In this document: positions 1 through 7,854 of the stretch, piece after piece
How positions within the stretch are numbered: position 1 is the stretch's first letter
Layout of the letters: each line of letters opens with the position of its first letter
Source of the DNA: Candidatus Calditenuaceae archaeon HR02
Lineage (GTDB): Archaea > Thermoproteota > Nitrososphaeria_A > Caldarchaeales > Calditenuaceae
Length of the DNA stretch: 32,000 nucleotides
Direction: 5' to 3'
NCBI GenBank assembly: GCA_002898395.1
Contig: BEHE01000008.1
Location: 51,876 to 83,875 of the forward strand
Notes under the pieces: generated by a model
What the model was told of the DNA's origin: nothing
What the model saw: the letters and a program-made list of their open reading frames with translations, nothing else
Databases searched by the model: none
Program-made: the position numbers and the translations under genes

Positions 1-1
1 G

Positions 2-517
2 TGGTCTGAATGCATGGAGCTTTTAGGCAGGGGTAGAGCCGCTATGTGGGCTGGCTCATGGGCTTCCACTTTCATAGACTTCATCGAAAAGGCTAAGGAG
101 AACTATCCTGAGACGGCCGGCAAGATCTGGGTTTCTCCAGCCCCAGGAGTCCCGATTGACGGTACATGGCAGATAGGTGTTAGCAGGTACTCTAAGAATC
201 CGCGCGAAGCATGGCTCTTCACGCAGTTCCTAGTATTGCCTGACTCCGCTGTGAAGCAGTGGAATGTAGCCTCCTCCTTCCCAGGAAGGAAGAGCGTGAT
301 AGAGACTTTAGCCCCGAGGTATCCTGGAATATTCAAGGAGGTCTTCCTCGACTCGCTGTTAAAGGCAGGATTCAGAAACTATGTACCCGAGAACCCCATG
401 TTGGAAGACTCTATTGCCAAGTGGATTACCGAGTATGTAGCAGGAAATGTTGACGAGGTGACCGCAACTACAGAGCTAACGAAGGAATGGAAGAGCATAC
501 TGAAACTGAGCTACTAA
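2..517 (+). CDS. ABC-transporter extracellular solute-binding protein, C-terminal part (5' end lies outside the window)
   Basis: The frame is open from the window edge (WSEC precedes the listed Met at 14) to TAA at 515-517. The sequence WQIGVSRYSKNPREAWLFTQFL...AKWITEYVAG resembles the C-terminal lobe of family-1 sugar/solute-binding proteins. Assignment is by recall only. Confidence 0.65.
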   Translation, partial: WSECMELLGRGRAAMWAGSWASTFIDFIEKAKENYPETAGKIWVSPAPGVPIDGTWQIGVSRYSKNPREAWLFTQFLVLPDSAVKQWNVASSFPGRKSVIETLAPRYPGIFKEVFLDSLLKAGFRNYVPENPMLEDSIAKWITEYVAGNVDEVTATTELTKEWKSILKLSY

Positions 518-536
518 ACCCTTACACAGCAATTTT

Positions 537-1502
537 TTATCCCTTCTTTGTAAACGCTTTCAGGCACAGGAAATTATAGATTATATTCGCCGCTAAATAT
601 GCCGTTATCTCTCCGTGATCATATGGTGGGGCGACCTCCACCAGGTCAAAGCCCACGAAACCCAGGCCTGCCAGTCCATGTAAGAGCTTTAGAGCTTCCC
701 GTGAAGTTAGGCCACCCACCTCTGGCGTACCAGTACCGGGCGCGCATGAAGGGTCGCAGGCATCTATGTCGAATGAGAGATATACTGGCCCTCCGCCAGC
801 AATCCTCTTGATCTCGCTGCAGACGGCCTCTATTCCCATCTCCTCGACCGACATCATGGCAATAACCCGGAACCCGAGAGACTCTACCGAGCTTATCTCA
901 TCCTCAGAGTAGAGACTGCCCCTTACACCCACGTGGACCGACTTGTACGGGTCAATGAGGCCCTCTTCATAAGCCCTTCTAAAAACCGTTCCATGCGTAT
1001 ATTTCTGAGAGAAGTGCTGCTCAACCATGTCGAGGTGGGCATCGACGTGTATAAGGGACAGCCTACCATACACCTTTGACGCTTCCCTGAGTAGCGGGAG
1101 AGTAATAGAGTGATCACCGCCACAGACCAGTGGAGTAATACCCCTCGCATGAATAGGCCCCAGCTCGCGGGAAATGCTTTGATATGTCGCCTCTATGTTG
1201 CCGGGAACTGTGTCTATGTCACCGTAATCTGCCACGTTTAAGGCATCAAAAGGCCTTACCCTGAGATATGGATTATAGAGACGTAGAAGTAGCGAGGCCT
1301 GCCTAACAGATGCAGGCCCAAACCTCGCACCCGACCTAAAGATAACGCCACCGTCAAAAGGAATTCCAATAAAAAGCGCATCAACTCCCTCCAAGTCCCG
1401 CGTATGAGGTAGCCTCGCAAAAGTGTAGGGGCCAGTGAAGCGCGGAGACTTTAGAGAGTCTGCCGGATAAAATCTCCTAGCTATACCCGTGTCCTTGGAC
1501 AT
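537..1502 (-). CDS. speB: Agmatinase (arginase/ureohydrolase family)
   Basis: Ureohydrolase Mn-binding signatures are present: GGDHSITLPLL, HVDAHLDM and SFDIDACDP. The start is trimmed from the ORF-track 1610 to the ATG at 1500-1502 (MSKDTG...). That ATG lies about 24 nt downstream of a TTTATATTT box (forward 1522-1530). Confidence 0.85.
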   Translation of the reverse strand: MSKDTGIARRFYPADSLKSPRFTGPYTFARLPHTRDLEGVDALFIGIPFDGGVIFRSGARFGPASVRQASLLLRLYNPYLRVRPFDALNVADYGDIDTVPGNIEATYQSISRELGPIHARGITPLVCGGDHSITLPLLREASKVYGRLSLIHVDAHLDMVEQHFSQKYTHGTVFRRAYEEGLIDPYKSVHVGVRGSLYSEDEISSVESLGFRVIAMMSVEEMGIEAVCSEIKRIAGGGPVYLSFDIDACDPSCAPGTGTPEVGGLTSREALKLLHGLAGLGFVGFDLVEVAPPYDHGEITAYLAANIIYNFLCLKAFTKKG

Positions 1503-1621
1503 GTATCGAGACCGTCTCGGCAAATATAAATAAATTAGTATCCGGCAACAGCCTGTAGGTTTGTAAACCGCGATCAGAATGGTATGGATTTTTATAAGGG
1601 TGCAAATCAAAACAGCTTTAG
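1503..1621. promoter_or_regulatory. Divergent promoter region for agmatinase and G1P dehydrogenase, with two TATA-like boxes
   Basis: AAATATAAA at 1522-1530 reads as a TATA box for the minus-strand gene. TTTATAA at 1591-1597 is centred about 28 nt upstream of the ATG at 1622. The spacing is typical of archaeal leaderless promoters. Confidence 0.4.
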
Positions 1622-2656
1622 ATGGAAAAGCATGAAATGGAGCTGCCGAGCTATATTGTTATTGGCAGCAATCTAGTGGATGTAATAATAGAGAGGTTGA
1701 GAAGACACGGCTTCAAATACTGCATCATGATAACGAGCAAGACACCCTATAGGTTTTACGGCTCGAAGATTATTGAAAGAGCTGAGAAAGCAGTGGTTTT
1801 TAGTGTGTGGGATATTAATGAGGCGCCCGATGAACTAGACAGGTTTGTCGGAGAGGCTAGGGCTGCAGATGTTGTTCTTGGGGTAGGCGGTGGAAGGGTT
1901 GTTGATATATCGAAGGTTATTGCAGAACTTTCCGGGAAACCGTTCTTCAGCATTCCAACAATAGCATCCCATGATGGAATAGCGAGTCCCATGACTTCTT
2001 ATCGCAGAGATGGCCGAGCTTATTCACGCAAATCGGTAATGCCTAGCGAGATTTTTGCAGACATGGATGTAATCAGCATAGCACCTCGCAGATATTTATT
2101 GAGCGGTTGCGGAGACCTAGTCGCTAAAAAAAGCGCGGTGAGAGATTGGTGGCTGGCCCACAAATTGACAGGAGAGTATTATGGTAGATACGCCGCACAC
2201 CTTGCTTACCTGAGCGCCTCGGTCGTGATAAAGTCTCGGAAACTGATAGCAAATAATTCGTTGGAAGGTATTAGGACTGTTGTCGAAGCGCTAATAAGCG
2301 CTGGCGTGGCCATGGGCGTGGCTGGAAGTAGCAGGCCTTGCAGTGGAAGCGAACACTTAATAGCCCACGCGCTGGAGACCCTGTCTGAAAAACCGGCCCT
2401 CCACGGGGAGAGGTGTGGCGTAGCAACAATCTTCACCCTATACCTACATCGAGGAAACTGGAGAAAAATCAAGAATAGTCTAGCCGCCATGGGAGCTCCC
2501 CACAGGATTGAACACATAAACACTGACACTGACCTATTCGTCGAAGCCGTGAAAAAAGCGCCCGAAATCAGGCCCGACCGCCTCACAATACTCCATAAAA
2601 TGAATCTAACTAGGAGCGAGATAGTAAACATTCTAGAAACCACAAGTCTCGCCTAA
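1622..2656 (+). CDS. egsA: sn-glycerol-1-phosphate dehydrogenase (archaeal lipid backbone enzyme)
   Basis: 344 aa with the iron-alcohol/glycerol dehydrogenase fold. Motifs are GVGGGRVVDISKVIA (NAD binding), PTIASHDGIASP and SGSEHLIAHALE (metal His), as in archaeal G1PDH. Confidence 0.85.
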   Translation: MEKHEMELPSYIVIGSNLVDVIIERLRRHGFKYCIMITSKTPYRFYGSKIIERAEKAVVFSVWDINEAPDELDRFVGEARAADVVLGVGGGRVVDISKVIAELSGKPFFSIPTIASHDGIASPMTSYRRDGRAYSRKSVMPSEIFADMDVISIAPRRYLLSGCGDLVAKKSAVRDWWLAHKLTGEYYGRYAAHLAYLSASVVIKSRKLIANNSLEGIRTVVEALISAGVAMGVAGSSRPCSGSEHLIAHALETLSEKPALHGERCGVATIFTLYLHRGNWRKIKNSLAAMGAPHRIEHINTDTDLFVEAVKKAPEIRPDRLTILHKMNLTRSEIVNILETTSLA

Positions 2657-2920
2657 TTTAAACCGGAATGGAAAGAACTACATGCTTCTGGTTTACGACC
2701 AATATGTATTCATTCGTGACGTGGAGGTCGAGTCGAGTGCAAAAATCGCCTCTTATAGATGCACTGATTTCCAAAAATGCATGCTAGCTCAGGCACAGGG
2801 CTTCTAAGAACCTTGGAATGGTGGAGGAGTTGTTAGAGGCCCTCAGCCATGCAGGGGGTTAGAAGGAGCTTGTATCCGAATAGTCGGCACGGCGATGGCT
2901 TTATCAGTTGGTAAAATAAT

Positions 2921-3727
2921 GTGGTGGAAGAGTTGCATCTTACAGTTGTGTATAGAGGAGATAAGATGGGTGCTGAAAGCAAGGCGTTGGAACTCAAGAG
3001 AATCATTGCTGAACATGGATGTGAGTATGATTTGTATGAGGTGGGTGAGGAGGGAGTAAAGGGTCCTCTGAGCTGCGACTACTTGATAGTCCTTGGAGGT
3101 GACGGCACAATACTCGCCTCCATCCACTCATTAGAGGAGCCTGAAACCCCGGTGCTGGCGATATCGTATGGGAGAGGGGGGTATCTCGCAGATGCAACAC
3201 CTGATGAAGCAAATCATGCCGTGAAATCGCTACTCATCGGAAACTATAGGCTTGAGAGGCTCATGAGACTTGACATATCAATCGACGGGGAATTCATTTC
3301 CAACGCCGTTAACGAGGCTTATGTCTCAAACTCCTCACCGGGTAAAGTGGTTGAGTTCGACTTGGAAGTCGAGAGGCTAAGGCTTCAAAACATAGTTGCC
3401 GACGGCATGGTCTTCTCAACACCTGTCGGATCTACAGGCTACAACTCCTCACTCGGCGGCCCACTCGTCGACGAGGAGTTGGAACTAATCATCACGACAC
3501 CAGTAGCCCCGATCACGAACATCAAGCCACTTGTCTTTTCGCCCCTCAGGAAGATTGTGATGAAGTGTCGGCGAGGACCATTCAGCGTCCTAATAGATGG
3601 ACTCGTGAGGCGGGAGTTTGAGGGAGGAGAGGTCGAGGTCACGAAGTCTAGGCATAGCACAGTCCTAGTGAGGACCTCGGGGGTAACGCTCTGTGAACGG
3701 AGATTCAAGAGGCGTCTCGGTATATAA
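2921..3727 (+). CDS. nadK: NAD kinase
   Basis: Motifs are GGDGTIL, NEAYV and STPVGSTGYNSSLGGP (NAD kinase signature). GTG start at 2921. The N-terminal LHLTVVYRGDK fits the first beta-strand of the family, so the internal ATG at 2966 is less likely. Confidence 0.85.
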   Translation: MVEELHLTVVYRGDKMGAESKALELKRIIAEHGCEYDLYEVGEEGVKGPLSCDYLIVLGGDGTILASIHSLEEPETPVLAISYGRGGYLADATPDEANHAVKSLLIGNYRLERLMRLDISIDGEFISNAVNEAYVSNSSPGKVVEFDLEVERLRLQNIVADGMVFSTPVGSTGYNSSLGGPLVDEELELIITTPVAPITNIKPLVFSPLRKIVMKCRRGPFSVLIDGLVRREFEGGEVEVTKSRHSTVLVRTSGVTLCERRFKRRLGI

Positions 3728-4124
3728 TAGGGCGTTTGTTTTAGACACCGCCGCCCTGCTTTTGGGATTCACAGCAGAAGAAGACACATATACGACGGAA
3801 GAAAATATTAAGGAGGTTAAGCACGACGAGTTAAAAGTCGCCAGGCTACAAGCCATGCTAGACTCAGGTGCTATAAAAACCATAAAACCAACCCTCGCGT
3901 CACTCAACACCGTCCAGCAAAAATCAAGAACACTTAAAATCAATCTCTCACGAGCAGACACTACTTTGCTAGCAGCGGCACTAGACCTCAGAGTAAAATA
4001 CGAAAGTTTAACCGTCGTGACCGATGACTACGCCGTACAGCGACTAGCAGCAGAACTCGGGCTAAACTATATTCCACTAAAACTGCCCGGAATCAGGAAA
4101 AATAGACACCGACCAATAAAATGA
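3693..4124 (+). CDS. Nob1-like PIN-domain endonuclease, without a Zn-ribbon
   Basis: The pattern FVLDTAALL...TTEENIKEVK...LSRADTTLLAAALDL...VVTDDYAVQRLAAELGLNYIPL matches the archaeal Nob1/COG1439 PIN pattern. No Cys residues are present, so the usual Zn-ribbon is absent. GTG start overlaps the nadK 3' end by 35 nt, so the start is uncertain. Confidence 0.6.
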   Translation: MNGDSRGVSVYNRAFVLDTAALLLGFTAEEDTYTTEENIKEVKHDELKVARLQAMLDSGAIKTIKPTLASLNTVQQKSRTLKINLSRADTTLLAAALDLRVKYESLTVVTDDYAVQRLAAELGLNYIPLKLPGIRKNRHRPIK

Positions 4125-4454
4125 CTGGGCACTTATAGGCTATGTCTTGAGCATTATAGAAACCCTTACATGCAATTTCATGGCCTATCCTCAAATAAGT
4201 CATTATCAATACCGGTTATCCCCTTTCTAGACACTTTTCTAGTCAAAACGAAACGCTCACGCCGTTGGGATATGTAGACTTATAGGACCGGCTGGCAATG
4301 GTGGATCAGGACAGGCTCTTCAAGTTGCTGGGGGGAGGCCTTGAGCTATTCGTTCAACGGATAAGGAGGCACAATTAACTCACCGATCGCTTGAGGAGCT
4401 ACGCATTGGAGCTCGGTGAGGTAGCCCGACGCGTCTCAGTTCACCGACCATGGG

Positions 4455-4462
4455 TTTATAAG
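4455..4462 (+). promoter_or_regulatory. TATA-like box for the flavoprotein gene
   Basis: TTTATAAG is centred about 27 nt upstream of the ATG at 4485. Confidence 0.4.
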
Positions 4463-4484
4463 TAGTGGCCGAGTCGTTAGAAAC

Positions 4485-5840
4485 ATGAGCAGTAGAGTAA
4501 TTGTCATAGGAGGGGGCGCGGCCGGAGCTTCAGCGGCCGCGAGGGCCAGGAGGATGGACCCAGAGGCCGAGGTGACCCTGATCGAAAGGACTGGGATGAT
4601 AACCCACGCTCCTTGCGGCATCCCTTTCGCGATATCGGGACTCGTCCAGAGCTACAGGATGCTCAGGACCTACTCTCCTGAGAGGTTCGCCTCCGAGAGG
4701 AGGATAAGGGTCCTGACGAACGCGACGGTGACCTCGATCGACGTCGACGGCAAACGAGTCGAGGTCTCGCTCGGAGACGGCAGGACGGAGAAGCTCTCAT
4801 GGGACTCGCTGGTGATAGCGACGGGCGCTAAGCCGCTGATACCTCGTGGACTCGAGGGGGTGGAGGAGGCGAGGCCAGTTCTACTGAGGCACCCGGAGGA
4901 CGTGGTGGAGGCGCAGCGGAGGCTCTCCGGCGCTTCTAAGGTCGCGGTCCTCGGAGGGGGGTACATCGGCGTCGAGGCTGCGGAGGCCCTTATCGACCTC
5001 GGGAAGAAGGTGACGCTGTACGAGATGATGGACAGGCTTCTGCCAACGGCGATCGACGGTGACGTCTCGAGGGTCCTCGAGGAGTCGGTGCGGCGTGCGG
5101 GCGTTGACCTGAGGCTCGGCCAGCCGGTTAGGGCCCTGAGGAGGAGGTCAGATGGGATAGCCGTGATCACCGACGCCGGCGAGGAGGTTTTCGACGAGGT
5201 GGTGATGGGGCTGGGCGTGAGGGCAAACGCGGACCTCGCGGTCTCGGCCGGCGTGAAGCTCGGAGCGACCGGGGCTGTGGAGACCGACGAGTTCATGCGG
5301 ACGAACCTCGAGGGCGTCTTCGCGGCCGGTGATCTGGTAGAGAAGCACCACCTCCTGCTCGGTAAAAGGGTCTGGATACCTCTGGCACCTGCGGCGAACA
5401 AGGAGGGGCAGGTGGCCGGTGCGAACGCCGTGGTCCCGGGATCGCTCAAGATGAGGGGCATCGTGGGAACGGCCGTGACGAAGTTCAGGAACACGTACGT
5501 TGCCAGGACTGGCCTGTCGGAGACGGAGGCCAGGGCCAACGGGTTCAACGTAGAGTCGACCCTGATCAAGGCCAGGACCAAGGCCGGGTACTATCCCGGA
5601 GGGGTTGAGGTGACGGTGAAGATGGTGGCCCAGTCCGGAAGCGGAAGGTTGCTCGGGGTGCAGGTGGTGGGGGACGATCCGGTCGTCGCGGGGTACGCCG
5701 ACGTCGCTGCGACTGCGATAACCGCGGGCTTCACGATCGAGGACCTCTTCTTCACCGACATAGGTTACATGCCGGCCACCGCGCCCGTCTGGCACCCGCT
5801 GATCGTGGCTGCCAGGACCCTCTCGGGAGGAAGGTTCTGA
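4485..5840 (+). CDS. CoA-disulfide reductase / NADH oxidase family FAD-dependent pyridine nucleotide-disulfide oxidoreductase
   Basis: N-terminal VIVIGGGAAGASAA Rossmann motif. A single redox Cys sits in THAPCGIPF, like the SFxNC motif of Nox/CoADR. A second dinucleotide motif is VLGGGYIGVEAAEA, plus GDLV. The gene is strikingly GC-rich compared with its neighbours. Confidence 0.8.
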   Translation: MSSRVIVIGGGAAGASAAARARRMDPEAEVTLIERTGMITHAPCGIPFAISGLVQSYRMLRTYSPERFASERRIRVLTNATVTSIDVDGKRVEVSLGDGRTEKLSWDSLVIATGAKPLIPRGLEGVEEARPVLLRHPEDVVEAQRRLSGASKVAVLGGGYIGVEAAEALIDLGKKVTLYEMMDRLLPTAIDGDVSRVLEESVRRAGVDLRLGQPVRALRRRSDGIAVITDAGEEVFDEVVMGLGVRANADLAVSAGVKLGATGAVETDEFMRTNLEGVFAAGDLVEKHHLLLGKRVWIPLAPAANKEGQVAGANAVVPGSLKMRGIVGTAVTKFRNTYVARTGLSETEARANGFNVESTLIKARTKAGYYPGGVEVTVKMVAQSGSGRLLGVQVVGDDPVVAGYADVAATAITAGFTIEDLFFTDIGYMPATAPVWHPLIVAARTLSGGRF

Positions 5841-6149
5841 GGTAAGGAATAGAGGAGGCGGGGTGGGCGATAGGTTTATGAGCGGTTGAGGGCCTCACCA
5901 AATCCGCTGACTTAAGGACCAAGAGGGGGATGGACCTCTGCCCCCCCCCCGATGGGAGAGGTAGTCGCATGGACCTCGCATACAAACCTCGCGCCAATAG
6001 CTCTCGCATACCTTAGGGCTACGGGCCCTGTCCGGATGGTTAGCTTTTGAGCTACCCAGCGTTCTCTACACGTGCCTATAATATGCTCAGATGAGCAGTG
6101 TTCCTCCTGCAAGGAGGGTTGAGAATAGTCACGGGGCGATGATGTAAGC

Positions 6150-7577
6150 TTATTCCACACAGCAGCTCATCTTCTGCAATGGTCTGAGGAAGGCCTGTGC
6201 ACTTAACTTCAGGGCCTCTGCGTATGTGGGGAACACGTGTATGGTGTTGACGATGTCCATGAATGTCTTGCCATATTTGATGTATAGGGCTGCCTCGGTT
6301 ATGTATTCGGCTGCGTTGTGTGAGACGATGTGCGCCCCCAACACCCTGCCATCGTCGGGCGCTATCACCAGCTTGGCCAGGCCAAGTGCACCCATCATTC
6401 TAGCCTTTGCGACGTTCTCCAAGGAAACTATCCTGCACGAGCATGCACCGAACCTCTTCACCACCTCCCTCTCAGTCAAACCCACTGAAGCCGCCTGCGG
6501 CTCAGTGAATACCACAAATGGAACGGCATCATAATCCATAGAAGCCGAACCCTCTTCGACGATGTTGGAAGCAGCCACCACACCCTCACGAGCAGACAGT
6601 GTCTCAAGCATTAGAGGCTTGGCTACACAGTCACCCGCGGAGTATATGTTGGGTGCACTTGTTCGCATCATCTCGTCCACCTTTATGAAGCCTCGCCCGT
6701 CGACGGCTACGCCACATTTTTCCAGCCCGATTCCATCCGTGTTTGGTTTTCTGCCTGTCGCTACCAGTATGGCGTCAGACTCTATGGTCTGCCTGCCCTC
6801 GTTGGTCACAACCACGGCGTGACTGTGACCTCCATGCTTCGAGAACTCTACAATCCTAGCCTTCATGATAATCCTCATCCCCTCGTCAGCCAATATATTG
6901 GCCAGTGTGGAGGATATCTCAGGCTCCATGTTGGGCAGAATCCTGTCAAGCACCTCGACCAGCGTCACTTGACAGCCCAGTCTCTGCATAGCCTGACCTA
7001 TCTCAAGCCCCACGGCACCCCCGCCCACCAGGAGCATGCTCTCGGGGAGGCTCTCTATCCCCCATATCGTGTCGGTGGTGTAGTATCCCACCTCCTCCAA
7101 CCCAGGTATGCTGGGCACGGATGGACGTGAGCCAGTTGCTATGAGGGCCTTTTGGAACCGTACCTCGCGTACTCCCTCACTTGTCTCCACCGCGATGGTA
7201 TGGGTTGAGGTGAATGAGGCCCTGCCCTCCACATGCTCCACGTTCGGATAATGCTTCAGGACATCAACATATTTCTCGCTACGCATAGAATCTACAAAAC
7301 TGCGGAGAGAGCCCATTAACCTGCCGAAGTCGAGGTCCGCGCCTTTGGGCGTGACTCCGTCGAACAAGGCCATGTGGCTGCTGTGATAGTGTTTGGCAGC
7401 CTCTATCAGGTATTTAGAGGGCACGCAGCCTACGTTGACACATGTTCCACCAAGCCTCCCAGCGGAAACCATCAAGATACTCATCCTACCCCCTGTTAGC
7501 TCGCTAGCCTTTATCGCAGCACTGAAAGCGGCAGCTCCTCCGCCGATTATAATCAAGTCGTATTTGGTATTTCTCAT
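6150..7577 (-). CDS. merA: Mercuric reductase (core enzyme, no N-terminal HMA/NmerA domain)
   Basis: DLIIIGGGAAAFSAA FAD motif and the redox-active GGTCVNVGCVPSK motif. The C-terminal vicinal Cys pair ...QKMSCCVE is diagnostic of MerA versus other class I disulfide reductases. HVFPTYAEALKLSAQAF precedes it. A GAGG lies 9 nt upstream of the ATG. Confidence 0.85.
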   Translation of the reverse strand: MRNTKYDLIIIGGGAAAFSAAIKASELTGGRMSILMVSAGRLGGTCVNVGCVPSKYLIEAAKHYHSSHMALFDGVTPKGADLDFGRLMGSLRSFVDSMRSEKYVDVLKHYPNVEHVEGRASFTSTHTIAVETSEGVREVRFQKALIATGSRPSVPSIPGLEEVGYYTTDTIWGIESLPESMLLVGGGAVGLEIGQAMQRLGCQVTLVEVLDRILPNMEPEISSTLANILADEGMRIIMKARIVEFSKHGGHSHAVVVTNEGRQTIESDAILVATGRKPNTDGIGLEKCGVAVDGRGFIKVDEMMRTSAPNIYSAGDCVAKPLMLETLSAREGVVAASNIVEEGSASMDYDAVPFVVFTEPQAASVGLTEREVVKRFGACSCRIVSLENVAKARMMGALGLAKLVIAPDDGRVLGAHIVSHNAAEYITEAALYIKYGKTFMDIVNTIHVFPTYAEALKLSAQAFLRPLQKMSCCVE

Positions 7578-7617
7578 TTCATTTCCCTCGGTTAAACTGA
7601 ATTCCTGGGTAGATAGT

Positions 7618-7737
7618 TCATAGACCAGGCATCACCTTCTTTTTTCTTTCCCGCTTAATTCCTTCCGGCATCTCTTCTACTTTCTTTTCCGCGGTCCTTG
7701 CTTCTTCACCCATTCCGCCGCAGCAACACTCACACAT
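7618..7737 (-). CDS. 39-codon Cys-rich micro-ORF immediately upstream of merA (MCECCCGGMGEEARTAEKKVEEMPEGIKRERKKKVMPGL)
   Basis: Hand translation: ATG at 7735-7737, TGA at 7618-7620. It is too short for the ORF track. A TATA-like box lies about 27 nt upstream. No TATA box is visible between it and merA, which starts 40 nt downstream, so co-transcription with merA is likely. Confidence 0.35.
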   Translation of the reverse strand: MCECCCGGMGEEARTAEKKVEEMPEGIKRERKKKVMPGL

Positions 7738-7758
7738 CGATAATAACCCCTATAGAAT

Positions 7759-7769
7759 GGTATATAAGT
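7759..7769 (-). promoter_or_regulatory. TATA-like box (minus strand ACTTATATACC) for the micro-ORF/merA unit, embedded in a GTATA-N5-TATAC inverted repeat
   Basis: Centred about 27 nt upstream of the ATG at 7737. The inverted repeat GTATA(7760-7764)/TATAC(7770-7774) overlaps the box and could be an operator. Confidence 0.35.
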
Positions 7770-7854
7770 TATACGGTTTGTAATCATATAGTAACTATAA
7801 TAGAGAAAAGTTTATCAAGGAAGCGGTCGATAAAACTTCGGGAGACCCTGTTTA

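Noticed and set aside
4670-5795. Long minus-strand ORFs (303 aa and 215 aa) inside the flavoprotein gene
   Set aside because: These are typical antisense shadow ORFs of a very GC-rich gene. Their products are low-complexity (Ser/Pro/Arg/Thr-rich) with no motifs, while the plus-strand product has complete flavoprotein signatures.
6011-6028. Minus-strand GGGCCCGTAGCCCTAAGG resembling the 5' end of an archaeal tRNA; a possible tRNA gene or att-site relic at the border of the GC-rich insert
   Set aside because: The D-arm cannot be paired (GCCC ... GCGA). No T-arm (GGTTCRAATCC-like) or complementary 3' acceptor strand follows within a reasonable distance. An 11-nt resemblance is too weak even for an att remnant.
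6226-7130. Plus-strand ORFs of 86-103 aa overlapping merA
   Set aside because: They lie antisense to a gene with full MerA motifs and have no recognisable domains. They are shadow ORFs.
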